Positions 9,573 through 20,747 are shown, numbered from the stretch's first letter. The stretch is DNA of 64,000 nucleotides from Pirellulaceae bacterium (GCA_041399045.1 JAWKTO010000016.1:10595-74594), one strand, 5' to 3'. The notes: a model not told the origin generated them from the letters alone. Numbers and translations: made by a program.

Positions 9573-10078
9573 TGGTCGTGTCCTATTTCACTGAAGTTTC
9601 CAGAGTATGGCGTGCCATCAATGACACCGGAAATGGTCCCTTCGTAATCTCGAACGACGCCCAATCCCTCATGAGTTCCCACGAAGCGACTCGATTTGTT
9701 TTCGGTGTCACCATCCTGAGGTACCGCCTTGAGCGTCGTTGTCAACGAAGGTTCCTTGATCGCAAGGGAAATTTCCGTTGCGTCAATTGGAGTCGCCGTT
9801 TTTTCATCACTTCCATAAATGTAAACGGTGGCTTGTTTCTGATCGTGGTCAACCGTGAATTCCACATGGAACTTGCCGCCACCCCAATCCGCTATGGCAC
9901 CATCGTGCGGCCCAGCGCCGTGGGAATGCCCTTCGCGGCTGTGATCAGTGCCTTCGTCGTCATGCGCGTCAGAGCGGATTTTTGTCGATTGCGAATTGTC
10001 CGCTGGCGTTGAGTTGCATCCGACAGCGATCGAGGCAATCAAAGCCGTAGATGCGAGAGCTATAAATAGACTTTTCAT
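9569..10078 (-). CDS. His-rich periplasmic lipoprotein, putative metal-binding accessory protein of the RND operon
   Basis: A lipobox is present (ALIASIAVGC|NS). It is followed by DAHDDEGTDHSREGHSHGAGPHDG and a C-terminal GHDH. It lies immediately downstream of the CzcA-like gene. Confidence 0.6.
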   Translation of the reverse strand: MKSLFIALASTALIASIAVGCNSTPADNSQSTKIRSDAHDDEGTDHSREGHSHGAGPHDGAIADWGGGKFHVEFTVDHDQKQATVYIYGSDEKTATPIDATEISLAIKEPSLTTTLKAVPQDGDTENKSSRFVGTHEGLGVVRDYEGTISGVIDGTPYSGNFSEIGHDH

Positions 10079-10100
10079 TTATGTTTTTCCATGTCAAAGG

Positions 10101-13100
10101 TCATTGATTATCAATTGATACATTTTCCGAATCATTCAACTTGGCAATTTTTACAGCGTCCTTGCCACTGAATCTCCAAAACAAACCTGGATGAATCAAA
10201 AACTCACAAAACGTCGATGTCACGAGACCACCGAGGATAACGGTTGCCACCGGATACAAAATTTCTCTACCGGGTTCGAGGCCTCCCCAAACGAGCGGAA
10301 TCAAGGCGATGCCCGCAGTCAAAGCCGTCATGAGAACAGGCGCGAGGCGTTCCAGGCTGCCGCGCAAAATCATTTCTTGAGAAAACTCAGCACCTTCTGA
10401 TCGAATCAGATGCAGGTAATGCGTGACAAGCAAAATGCCATTTCGCACCGCGATACCGCCCAGCGAAATGAAACCCACCAGACTCGCGACCGTCATGTCC
10501 TGATCGGTTAACACTAGTGCAAATACGCCGCCAATAAAAGCGGTTGGCAACGCATTGAGAACTTGCAGAACAATTCGAACACTTGGCAGTAGCACCATCA
10601 ACACAACAAACATCCCAATGACGGCGAAACTACTTAGAATCAAGATTCGTTGAGTTGCTTGCCGCTGGCTTTCGAATTGGCCAGCAAGTTCGTAGGAATA
10701 ACCTTCAGGTAGTCGGAGGGTTGCATTCAAATTCGCTTCGATTTCGTTGACAGCACTCGAAAGGTCGCGGCCCAATGTATTGCAGCGAATCACGATCCGC
10801 CGGCGGGCATTTTCGCGATAGACGGCATTGGGACCGGAGCCGATTACCACATCGGCCAAGTCGGACAATTCGATCTGCCCTCGGTCATCGGGTAAATCGA
10901 TGCGAAGGTGTCCCAAATTGGCGTAATCTGTTCGGTAACTTTCCTCAAGTCGCACGAGCAGATCAAAACGCCGTTGACCTTCGAGGACTTTTGAAACAAC
11001 CTCTCCCTGCAGCGCGGTTTGCAGGATTCTGGCGACATAAGCTCGTGTTACGCCGTACGTCGCCAAGTCGTCGGATCGCAAGCGGATATGAAGTTCATCT
11101 GTTTCCTGGATTGGCTCAACGATGGGCTCCGTTACGCCATCGATGGTACTGATCTCTGCTTTTGCCTGATTGGCCAGAGCCTTGAGTTGTTCGAGGTCAT
11201 CGCCGTAGATTTTTACAGCGATTTGCGCGTAAACGCCTGACACCATGTGACTGATCAAATGGGCAAGCGGTTGCTCAACCTCAATGTCAACGCCTGGTGC
11301 CTCGACCTTCAACTCATCCAGTAGTTTCTTTATCATTTCGTCACGACGGTAATGGTCGTCTGGATTCATCGCCAAGATGTACTCAGTTACGTTTACTGGC
11401 GATGCGTGCTCATCCATTTGAGCGCGCCCCGTTCGGCGTACGAAATTCAATATGGGCGCGTTCGGAGTACTCGGTCCTGCCTGCAACGATTTGAATTTGG
11501 CGTCAATGGTCGCGGCAACCTGGTTCGATGCCTCGAGTGATGATCCGGGGGGAAGCGTCACGTTGACCTGAACGCTGCCCTCATCAAAGTTCGGTAAAAA
11601 GCTGCTGCCAAGGTTGGCAAACAGAAAACCCGACACCACGACAAAAAACCAGGTAGCCAACAATAGAGGACCGGGGAATGCCATGCTCAATCTAATCAAA
11701 GGCGTGGCCAGTCCCTTGAGTGCACGCAATAGCAAACCGTCGTGCTCTCGGTGGGTCGCCCGTGCACGGGGCAAAAGGTAAAACGAAAGCGCCGGGGTGA
11801 CGGTCAACGAAACCAAGAGCGACGAGAGAATCGAAACGATATAGGCAATGCCCAATGGTTCAAACAACCTGCCAGCAATTCCCGAAATCGCAAACAGCGG
11901 CAAGAAAACGAGAATGACCACCATCGTTCCAAATACGATTGCAGCGGATTTCTTTGCTTGCCTCGTACACAACTTGAATTGCAGGTCTCGGTGTAGGCAG
12001 TGCGTTGTTGTCCCGCAGGCGTCTGAAAATGTTTTCAACATCTACAATCGCGTCGTCCACCAATTCTCCCATTGCGACTGCGATGCCGCCCAATGTCATG
12101 ACGTTGATGGTCAGACTGGTATCGGTCAGATAGCCAATGATTCGAAACGCCAATGTCGTGATCACGAGTGACAATGGAATGGCTGTCAGCGTGATGAAGG
12201 TTGTTCGGAAATTCAGCAGAAACAAAAACAACACCAGGATCACCAGCGCGGCACCGACCAGTAACGCTTCGCCGACGTTGAAAACACCGCGGTCAATGAA
12301 ATTGCGAAGTTGAAACAATTCGCTATTGATCACAATATCTGCGGGCAGCGACGCCATCCAGTTCAGCAAACGCCGCTTCGATATTGTCCGTTAGTTTCCG
12401 CGTATCGACATGCGGTTGTTTGACGATGGTGAAAACCAGACCGGGTTGTCCATTGATGGCACCATCGCCTCGCTTGAACTGTGCGCTTCGACGATTCTGG
12501 CGACCTGCTGCAATAAAATCGGACGCTTGTCCGTAACACGTACGGGGATATTGTTCAGGTCTTCGACGACTTTGGCCGAGTCGGGGCCGACGCGCCCGAG
12601 GATGCGAATGGGACGTTCGGATTCACCTGTTATTGCAAATCCGCCACTGGTATTGATGTTACTATCCTTCAACACCTGTTCGACATCCTGAAGTGTGACG
12701 CCATATTCGATCAACGCCGCGGGGTCGACAAGAATTTGATATTGTTTTCGTTCACTGCCTTGAAGAAAGCATTCGGCCACTCCTGAGACTTTGAGGATAT
12801 GTGGGCGAACCACCCAGTCTCCCAACGTTCCTAATTCAAGTTCCTGTTGTAGCTCCGATGGAACGGGTACGATGTGCTCGGCTTTGTCGATGCGAATTGT
12901 CAGTGACGTGTCAATGTCGGCACTTTCCGCATTGTCTGGATGGTCAATGTTCACTAGTTCACTGGGTACAGGCTTCCAGGAATCAGGTCGATGGCGATCG
13001 TAGACTTCCCACACGAATACTTCTTGGTTGGCTGTCCATTCGGCGAACCAATCGGTATGCGGAATCTCAATCAACCGTCCATTGTTAGGGCCGTTCTGTC

Positions 13101-13536
13101 GGTACATTCCTGCAATAACGATTTGCCCCATGATCGAAGACGGGGGCGTCATTTCCGGATTGATGTCGGGAGGAAGATCATCAGCGATCACGGCCAGACG
13201 TTCTTGCACTGTCTGGCGCGCCTCGCGGATCTGGGTGTCCCATCCAAACTCGACATAGATGACGTTCAGCCCGGCAGTGCTTTGACTGCGGACAGCTTCA
13301 ACTCCGTTGGCACCTAGCAGGCCGATTTCGATCGGATGAGTAACCAGTGATTCGACTTCTTCTGTTGAAAGCCCAGGGCATTCCGTCAGGATCACCACGC
13401 GCGGTCGGTCGAGATCTGGAAAGACATCAATCGGCGTGATCGTTGCCAGATAGGAGCCATAGACCAACAACAGCAGGCTGAGGATGACCACCAGGAAACG
13501 ATACTGCAATGAGATTCGAATGAGTGTGTTCAGCAT
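10101..13536 (-). pseudogene. CusA/CzcA-family heavy-metal efflux RND permease, frame broken about 3 times between ~11950 and ~12480
   Basis: ORFs 12391..13536, 11860..12369 and 10101..12041 are collinear with HME-RND pumps: N-terminal VDVFPDLDRPRVVILTECPGLSTEEVESLVTHPIE, central TAIPLSLVITT...MTLGGIAVAMGELVDDAIVDVENIFRRL, then IVFGTMVVILVFLPLFAISGIAGRLFEPLGIAYIVSIL. A fourth short frame, FKRGDGAINGQPGLVFTIVKQPHVDTRKLTDNIEAAFAEL (~12365-12478), bridges the first two ORFs. Confidence 0.8.
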
Positions 13537-13548
13537 CGGAGGCCCTTC

Positions 13549-14970
13549 CTAGTGAGACGCATGAACAGTGCCGTCAGCATGCATGTGCACGCCGGGTTGC
13601 ATACCACTTGACGCTTGAGCTTTGAGAACGCGGTTGAGCGATTCGGCAGCGTTTTGCGCCAAGTAGAAGCCGGGAGCAATGGCGCCGTTGTTTGCCAATA
13701 CGACGTTGTATCGATCCCGATGTACCACTTGTACCGGCAAACGATGAAAGAGATCTCCGTTTTGCTGAAACACAAATGCCTTGGGGCCTTCAAAGGCAAC
13801 GGCACTCGCAGGAACCACCAGAACGTCTTCGATCTGCTCAACGGGCACGCTGATGTTCACACGTTGTCCAGGGCGGAATCGCCAGATCACAAAGGGGCGT
13901 CCTTCTTTTTCATAAACCCGCAACTGGTTCTCGAGGGGGATAAAAAAATCGAACGTTCGACTATTTGGATCGGTAGTATTGGAAAGGTGCCGAATACGAA
14001 ATGGTTGGTCGATCGCCGCCCAATCACCTGAGGTGTCTTCTGTGAATTCGACCTTAACGTTCCAGCTCTTTTCCGCGGCTCTCGCCACGCGAGCGGCTTC
14101 TTTCTTAAATGCGTGGCCTTTGATGTAAAGCGAGTTGTGATTTGCCAATACGGCAAGTGCCTGTCCCGCATCCACTTGTTGCCCCAGATCCACGGTCAAG
14201 TTTTGAATCTCAAAAAAGATGTTAGGCGGTGGTGTGAAATTAGTTTTGTCGTTGCCAAGCGATTCGACACTGATGTTTTTTGACTCCTCGCCAACCATCG
14301 GAGCACTTACATCGATTGATGTCAGGAATTGGCCACTCTCGACTTGTTTAACCTGTTCAGGGGACAGGCCACGGGAAATTAGATCTTGGCGATATGCATC
14401 GATGCGGGCGTTCTCGCGACTGACCTGTTGCTCCAGTTCAATCCGTCGCTTGCCAGGTAACGTTCCGGCATCGATCAGATTTTCGATGCGATTAATCTCC
14501 TGGTTCAGAATTTCAACTTCGCGAATCGCTTTGAATAAATCCGATTGCGATTGCTGCAAGTACTCACTAACCAGTCGCAACGTAAACAGGCGTTCTCCTG
14601 GGCGAATGATATCGCCTTCAAAGGCGTGTACCTGAGTGATCACACCAGCGATGGGCGCAGTGATTCCGCGGTCAGTAATCCCAGGGCGATCTTCAATGAC
14701 GCCGGGGACCAGCAACGTCGTCCAGTATGTTTGTGGCTGCACGGGAGCCGAGACGAGTGACAAATTTGCGCGAGCCTGTTTGCCAATCTCTAAAGTACTT
14801 GGCTCCTCGGCTACTGCTTCTGTTTCATGATCCCGCGAGTTTTCTCCAACCGATTCCCCATGTAGGCGGTTCCAATACGGTTGTCCAAACCAAACTGCGA
14901 GGCCAATCAAGGCGATAACGACCAAATACGCAAAAACATGAATCAGTCGCGAAGCGGATTTCGATCCCAT
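13549..14970 (-). CDS. efflux RND periplasmic adaptor subunit (CzcB/CusB-like) with His-rich C-terminal tail
   Basis: 473-aa ORF with an N-terminal TM anchor, the lipoyl/hairpin pattern (ITAPIAGVITQVHAFEGDIIRPGERLFTL ... coiled coil ... ) and the tail GVHMHADGTVHASH. It lies directly upstream of the RND permease. Confidence 0.8.
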   Translation of the reverse strand: MGSKSASRLIHVFAYLVVIALIGLAVWFGQPYWNRLHGESVGENSRDHETEAVAEEPSTLEIGKQARANLSLVSAPVQPQTYWTTLLVPGVIEDRPGITDRGITAPIAGVITQVHAFEGDIIRPGERLFTLRLVSEYLQQSQSDLFKAIREVEILNQEINRIENLIDAGTLPGKRRIELEQQVSRENARIDAYRQDLISRGLSPEQVKQVESGQFLTSIDVSAPMVGEESKNISVESLGNDKTNFTPPPNIFFEIQNLTVDLGQQVDAGQALAVLANHNSLYIKGHAFKKEAARVARAAEKSWNVKVEFTEDTSGDWAAIDQPFRIRHLSNTTDPNSRTFDFFIPLENQLRVYEKEGRPFVIWRFRPGQRVNISVPVEQIEDVLVVPASAVAFEGPKAFVFQQNGDLFHRLPVQVVHRDRYNVVLANNGAIAPGFYLAQNAAESLNRVLKAQASSGMQPGVHMHADGTVHASH

Positions 14971-15072
14971 ATCGCTTCCCCGTTTTTTTTACGAACTTCA
15001 GAACCGGTCAAAGCATTTGGACCGCTGGAAAAATTGGGCGATCCAATTAACGCTGGTTGTGAAACAAGACGC

Positions 15073-15645
15073 TTAAAGTCTCAACCGGCAGGTATGGAGA
15101 TAGACCGGGAGTGAGTCGGAAGGGGACGGTTCTGGCGATACCGCGTCAAACGGCAAACTGATTGGCGTGTAGACGAGAACGCAGGTTGGGAAACAACAAA
15201 CCCCAATCAACTCTTGAAACGAGGGTTCGCATTTGGTCAGCAGGCATTGGCTCCACTTGGCAACGCACGAATCACCCGATTGATGCATTAGCAAAAAATG
15301 CAAAATGACCAGCGTGTGTGCGTTCCAATGAGATTCCGAAATCATTCCGTAGTCGGCGAATGAGCCAGAGCAGTCCGTTTGTGAACATTCTGATTCTGTG
15401 CTGACAATTCTAGAAGATCTGTTCGCAACTGTTTGAGCGTGCGATTTGTGACATTTGCGACTGTGGGCCGCCTGATGGTTGGCGAAATGCTGGTGGGGAT
15501 GTTCGTGTGACCGGTGAACATGGCTGTGCGAGGAATGTTGCTTCGAATCGCAATCATGGCTGTGAGCGCAAAGTGCAAGTGCCTGATTTGCAAAGGTTGA
15601 CAAAATCAGGACGACACAGATTGCGGATTTGCAAATGCGCGACAT
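15073..15645 (-). CDS. secreted His/Cys-rich hypothetical protein (first gene of the RND operon)
   Basis: Likely start ATG 15645 (MSRICKSAICVVLILSTFANQALA). The mature N-terminus is LCAHSHDCDSKQHSSHSHVHRSHEHPHQHFANHQAAHSRKCHKSH, and the C-terminal part is Cys-rich. I recognise no family. Confidence 0.45.
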   Translation of the reverse strand: MSRICKSAICVVLILSTFANQALALCAHSHDCDSKQHSSHSHVHRSHEHPHQHFANHQAAHSRKCHKSHAQTVANRSSRIVSTESECSQTDCSGSFADYGMISESHWNAHTLVILHFLLMHQSGDSCVAKWSQCLLTKCEPSFQELIGVCCFPTCVLVYTPISLPFDAVSPEPSPSDSLPVYLHTCRLRL

Positions 15646-15888
15646 GGTAAATCGATCAAGTTGGATGAGAACGAAGTCAACTATACCATTCTTTTCTGAA
15701 TAGACCAATTGCAAGTTCAAATCAGTGAAATAAACCCGTCCTCTCTCGTGAAATTCCTTACATTCGTCTGTAAACTTTCGTACAGTTACCGATTTGGGGA
15801 GGTGCAAACCCTCTTGCGGGTTGCCTAGGTTGTTTGCAAACTTTTTTCACCGTCCGAATTCACAAGTCTTCGTATTGGAAAGACGTCA

Positions 15889-16644
15889 GTGCGAAATCAA
15901 TTTTCTCTTGTCCCTGCCGGGCTGGTCTTGGCGCTCGCTGGAATGATTGGATCGATATTAGGATGTTCCAACGATGACGCTTTACCTGCAATTAATCAGT
16001 TAGAATCGCATAGTGAGTCGCCGCAATCAACCTCAGCTGGTTCGGCGGAAACAAGAGCTTTGTATTCTTCACCTGAATCCGTTTTTGAACATGCCGTTTC
16101 GACACAGCGTGACAGCGATCACCGATCGTTGGTCGGTTGTTTTGACCGGGCTAGTGTCCGCCGATTAAATATTTTGCTTGTATTGGAAATCCACGAAATG
16201 CTGGTGCGGTTGAATGCTGCGACGGTGACACCGAACCAGCAAGAAATGATTACATCTCTCGAAGACGTATTTCAAACCATTCATGTCGACAGTGCGGCGA
16301 TCCAAAAAATTAGCGCTCAGCGATTGAACGAAATCAACACGTCGAATCTGGAGGCGATTGCCACGAAACTGAGTGCCATTGTTCAAGACGACGAGGCCGC
16401 ACTGACAACGCTTTTAGGTGCAGTAGAAAAAAATCGATTTCCTTCTCGCGTGCTGCCACGTTTTTCGGGAAAGATCTCGGAGGTACAGATCAACGGCGAC
16501 GAGGCTGCCGGAAACATCTCTGGCGGAAACGGCCCGCCAGCTCGGTTCGAATTTGTGCGAGAAGGCGACGGTTGGCGTATTCGAATCGGGACCATACCTG
16601 GAGGATCTGCCCCTCCGTCGGCACCTCCACCGACAGGAAGCTAA
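15889..16644 (+). CDS. hypothetical lipoprotein
   Basis: 251-aa ORF with a GTG start, a lipobox (LAGMIGSILGC|SN) and a Pro/Ser-rich C-terminus (GGSAPPSAPPPTGS). Confidence 0.5.
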   Translation: MRNQFSLVPAGLVLALAGMIGSILGCSNDDALPAINQLESHSESPQSTSAGSAETRALYSSPESVFEHAVSTQRDSDHRSLVGCFDRASVRRLNILLVLEIHEMLVRLNAATVTPNQQEMITSLEDVFQTIHVDSAAIQKISAQRLNEINTSNLEAIATKLSAIVQDDEAALTTLLGAVEKNRFPSRVLPRFSGKISEVQINGDEAAGNISGGNGPPARFEFVREGDGWRIRIGTIPGGSAPPSAPPPTGS

Positions 16645-16657
16645 CAGCGGTTTTAAA

Positions 16658-17170
16658 TTATCCCAACACCATGTTGGATGTCACTGCTTGATTGGCTGTA
16701 ACGACCTGGCGACCCAAAAAAGAGCCGATGGTGCTGCATGCGGTTTCCATCATGTCAAGGGCTCGATTGCAAACCGGTGCTGATCGACGCATCGGATCGG
16801 GAACATCGACTGGCCAGTGATCCGGCAGGAATTCGCTCAACATTTTCGCGTTGTTCGGCGTGCCCTTGGCCAGCGTTCTGATCGCAAACATCACCCGGCT
16901 ATCCATGGCGAGTACCAGATCAAAGCGCGCGAGGTCTCGACGGGTCAACATACGCGGACGAGGCTTCCACCAAAAACCGCGACGCAACGACGCCCAACGC
17001 ATCGACCATGACGGGTTGACCAGTTTGTCATCCGGACTGATACCGGCTGAATCAATTGTCACTCCCTGGATGCCTAAACGCTTCATTTCGCGTTTCAAAA
17101 TCAAAACAGCAGCTGGCGAGCGACAAATATTTCCCCAGCAGACAAACAAGACTGAATTTACGATAGTCAT
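16658..17170 (-). CDS. low-molecular-weight protein-tyrosine phosphatase (LMW-PTP family)
   Basis: The P-loop VLFVCWGNICRSPAA (CX5R-S), the DSAG motif (IDSAGISPD) and the DVPDP general-acid motif are present in the canonical order. Confidence 0.85.
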   Translation of the reverse strand: MTIVNSVLFVCWGNICRSPAAVLILKREMKRLGIQGVTIDSAGISPDDKLVNPSWSMRWASLRRGFWWKPRPRMLTRRDLARFDLVLAMDSRVMFAIRTLAKGTPNNAKMLSEFLPDHWPVDVPDPMRRSAPVCNRALDMMETACSTIGSFLGRQVVTANQAVTSNMVLG

Positions 17171-17245
17171 GATGAGATTTTCTCCGAAGAGTTATTGTTG
17201 TTTTGTATTGTCTGTATTTCGAATGTCCAGGTCGCATTTCAAGCA

Positions 17246-17981
17246 CTAGGCAGTGCCACGCCGTCGTCGAAAAACCAATCCCAGTGTCGCCAATCCCAAC
17301 ACTGCCGCGGTCGAGGGTTCAGGCACGGAGACCGATCCAAATTTGACGGCATCAATAAAGTTGCCATCGGTCATATCCCCGCTTCCTGCCGAAACCGTTT
17401 CGTACGCGAATCGAATATTGTTTCCAAGAGCCACGATCGGGCCTTCGCCGATGCTTGTGTTGACGCTCCAGTTAAGGGCGTTGGCTGTGTAATCCTTGGT
17501 GAACAACGTCAGGTCATTGCCGCCGCCGACAACGTTGTCCGCGCCCAGTCTGTAATCGTGAGCCGCACTACGTCCGATCCAATTGTGGCGCGCGATGAGC
17601 AAATTCAAATCCGAGATTTTCACCGGCATTGATTCCGTAAACGTCCTGGTACAACGTGCCCAGTTCATCGGCACTCACTTGAACGTGCTGCTGTCCGTCG
17701 TACGCGGCAACGCCGTTGAAATTGGCTGCCCAAATCTCAATTAGCTCCGACGATGCAGTCGTCTTCCAACCGGGGACATAGGATTGATCGATAAAAATCG
17801 TCGATGGCAGTGGACCCGTATCCGGCTCCTCAAAGCTGCTGTTCACCAGGACATTCACCAGGTCGGCTCGGAGTTGCCCAGAAGTCGACAAGCAAACGAG
17901 CAATGCGAATACAACGAATTTTAGTTTCGTCGTTTGGCAACGAACTGTGGCGCGACAAGCGTTTTTCCATTTGAAAATCAT
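17246..17981 (-). pseudogene. PEP-CTERM protein (NxSFE-type beta-sandwich), two 1-nt frame breaks near 17597 and 17553
   Basis: The N-terminal ORF 17568..17981 has a signal peptide, then RADLVNVLVNSSFEEP...FEFAHRA. A third frame then reads TIGSDVVRLTITD, matching RVGTDVMTFTITD of the neighbouring paralogue. After that, ORF 17246..17674 reads LGADNVVGGGND...VPEPSTAAVLGLATLGLVFRRRRG. Confidence 0.7.
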
Positions 17982-18015
17982 TGGGTCACCCTTCGGGGGA
18001 ATCAGTTAAAAACAC

Positions 18016-18778
18016 TTACCGACTGACGCACTTGCCATTTGCAACGTCACAACGACGACGTCGACGAAAGACCAAACCAAACGCAGCAAGGCCCAGGAGC
18101 GTTGCCGTGGACGGTTCGGGAACCGCGACCGTTCCAATGCTCACGGCATCGATGAAGTTGCCGCGTACTAGGTTTCCACTACCCGTTGATACCGCCTCGT
18201 AGGAAAAACGAATGTTGTTCCCCATCGCTACGATGGGACCTTCGCTGGCACTGGTGTTGAACTCCCAGCCAAGCGTGGTTGCCGAGTATTCCTTGGAGAA
18301 CAGAATAGAATCGTTACCGCCACCCAGCAGATTGTCCGCTCCCAAATCAGTAATAGTGAAAGTCATTACGTCGGTGCCGACGCGAGCGCGATGTGCAAAC
18401 TCAAATCCCAGGTGCTCTCCGGCATTGATTCCCGAAACGTCCTGGAACAACGCGCCAACCACATCGGCATTCAGTTCAGCATGTTGACTTCCTTCGTATG
18501 CCGTTACGCCGCTGAATCCGTTGGACCAGATCTCGATGAGTCCGGATGAAGCTGTTGTTTGCCAGAAGGGACCAGGCTCTGCGAAATAAACCGTGATGTG
18601 GGGAGAAACCCGGTGTAGGGCTCTTCAAAACTGCCGTTTACGACGTCTGCCCGCAACGGGCTCGCAATCGCAAGCGCAACGGCCAGACCTACCAACACAC
18701 CAAGACGGACAATTCGGTGCGTGCCAACTACGCAGTGTTTCGTATCAGCGCGACAAGCGGTTTCGGAATGAGAATCAT
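18016..18778 (-). pseudogene. PEP-CTERM protein, tandem paralogue of 17246..17981, frame breaks near 18760 and 18572
   Basis: The ATG at 18778 gives MILIPKP. The continuation ACRADTKHC...LVGLAVALAIASPLRADVVNGSFEEP lies in a second frame (compare the paralogue's MIFKWKNACRATVRCQ). A third frame carries FWQTTASSGLIEIWSNGFSGVTAYEGSQH...VPEPSTATLLGLAAFGLVFRRRRR. Confidence 0.7.
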
Positions 18779-18808
18779 AGGGTCATCCAGCAAAATCTAC
18801 TGAAACAC

Positions 18809-19522
18809 TTACACACATTGGGCAATTGAACGTCGCCGGCGGCGTAGCCAGCACAAACCCGTCAAACCAAGCAATGGCGCACAGGTCATCGGCTCCGGTA
18901 CCATAGAAAACTTGTGATCAAAACTTGTGATCTGGCCCGCACCGGTATGAGTGATCGTCACCACAGTATTCATGGAAAACGAACCACTCAGTGAAACGTC
19001 GGCCGTGTCCGTACCTGAGAATGCTCCCGGTCCGAAGGGGCCCTGGAAAGTATCCGCCGCGAAGCCGACTTCCGCATTCGAATCCAGCACCCCACCGGTT
19101 GCGCTGGAAATGAATCCGTTTGTTGTTCCGCCAAACTCTGAGAGCGCGGTATAGGTTCCTGAAGTCGGAGCAATGAAATTCGTATCAATCAATTGGATCG
19201 CCAGGGTACCGGCGGAACCTGATACGGAAACGTTGTTCAAATCGATCGAATAGGGACCGATCAGCGGCTTGCTGATTCCCGTGGTGACATTCACGAAGAA
19301 ACTGCCAACCGCACCGTTGTAACCAACAATGCCCGCTCCAGCCAACGAATCGGTGACGGTCGAGTTAAACGAACCACCGCTGGAGGTCGTTCCGGTTGGC
19401 GATTCGTCGATCACCACGACACTTGAGCTCCCGGACGTCAGCGTGAGGATCAGGTCAGCGTGAGTGAGATTGCACCACGTGAGCATCCATAGAACCGCAA
19501 GAGAAATTGTTGTCTTATTCAT
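18809..19522 (-). CDS. PEP-CTERM protein
   Basis: Signal peptide MNKTTISLAVLWMLTWCNLTHA, a Gly/Ser/Thr-rich beta-type body, and the C-terminal VPEPMTCAPLLGLTGLCWLRRRRR sorting signal. Confidence 0.75.
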   Translation of the reverse strand: MNKTTISLAVLWMLTWCNLTHADLILTLTSGSSSVVVIDESPTGTTSSGGSFNSTVTDSLAGAGIVGYNGAVGSFFVNVTTGISKPLIGPYSIDLNNVSVSGSAGTLAIQLIDTNFIAPTSGTYTALSEFGGTTNGFISSATGGVLDSNAEVGFAADTFQGPFGPGAFSGTDTADVSLSGSFSMNTVVTITHTGAGQITSFDHKFSMVPEPMTCAPLLGLTGLCWLRRRRRSIAQCV

Positions 19523-19583
19523 TTCACGATGCATTCAGAACCGAATCAGGAATGATTTGCAACCGACGACAGGAACAGGGAAA

Positions 19584-20401
19584 TTATGCAGGACGTCGGC
19601 GCCGCTTTAGGAAACCAGTGAGACCCAGCAAGCAAAGGCTTGCCGCAGTACTTGGCTCAGGTACCGAATTGCATCCAATGATCGTTTCACCAGAGATTTT
19701 GGTATAAGTGCTGGCGATTGTGTGGTTGTCGGATTCGAATCCTGTGAAGGCTCCAACGTTAACGAAGCGAATTTCGTCAAAGACAACATTGGGGTTTTCG
19801 CAGTCTGCGAAAAAATTCAAAAAGGCGTATGGTTCATTAGGATTTTGGCCAAGGAAGTTGGCGTTTGGGTTGCCGAAGTAGGCTGTTTGACCTGCGACGT
19901 GGTCCGTAACGTAGTTGGTTGTAAATTCCGTAATCTTTGTGCCGTTATTATAAAACTCAAGCTTGTTGTTTGCATCTCCAGCCGACCACCAGAATCCGAA
20001 ATAGCGCTGTGAATTTACAAATGTGAGAGTTGACGACCCGATTTGGTTAATATAGGAGAACTTACCAACTCCACCAGCTCCACCATATTCGGTTGCATCA
20101 TGTGCTGGTACCACATCATAAGTTCCAATCAAAGGATCTCCGCTAAACGCAACGTTTGGGTTGTTAGTAATAGTGCCAGGCGAAGTAGTAAGTGATTCGA
20201 AGTCTTCAACGTGAACGCCGGTGGCACCGTAGTCTCCTGGGTTGGTATACAAAGATGATTGCTGGACTCAGGTTGTTCGATTGTCACAGTGATGACGTCT
20301 GCCGCCAATTGGGAGCCCCATGTGGAAATTGCGAATGCGGTAATGGCATAACAACTCAACAATAAACTCGTATTTGATTTCCGCCGATTGATTTGAATCA
20401 T
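19584..20401 (-). pseudogene. PEP-CTERM protein, one frame break near 20255-20275
   Basis: ORF 20129..20401 supplies the signal peptide (LLLSCYAITAFAISTWGSQLAA) and DVITVTIEQPE. ORF 19584..20252 continues in another frame (SLYTNPGDYGATG...YFGFWWSAGD...) and ends with VPEPSTAASLCLLGLTGFLKRRRR. Confidence 0.7.
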
Positions 20402-20660
20402 GGTCGAATTTGCCTTTCTATTTCACAGAAATTGGTCGATGAGTCGTGTGCACTTTCAAAAGCGTTATGCGACTTTGGATGTCTATGGCATTGATGGAAA
20501 TGAAATCGATTCCCCTTCAGAAATTTCCCATTTTTGAGATTGTTTTTCTAAAGAGAAGATTTCTGTTGAGAACTTACTGCCAGACACGAACCCATCGCCA
20601 ATAACAAGTCGGTGACGGCCGCAAAGCTAAACATGCAGTGTTTTCATGGGTTGGCAAAGC

Positions 20661-20685
20661 AGGCCCATTGGCATGCAATGGGCCT
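20661..20685 (-). terminator. perfect 10-bp stem / 5-nt loop hairpin downstream of the PEP-CTERM gene at 20748..21524
   Basis: AGGCCCATTG-gcatg-CAATGGGCCT begins 63 nt past the stop codon of the minus-strand gene. No clear U-tract follows on either strand, so terminator function is uncertain. Confidence 0.3.
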
Positions 20686-20747
20686 TCATGGATTGGGCCT
20701 CAGTTGAGAAGGGGTAATGACTCTACAGTGAAGCCGAAAGACTAGCA

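Noticed and set aside
15342-15593. 83-aa alternative-frame ORF inside the His-rich gene 15073..15645
   Set aside because: It is on the same strand in a different frame and lacks a signal peptide. The His-cluster frame with a signal peptide is the better model.
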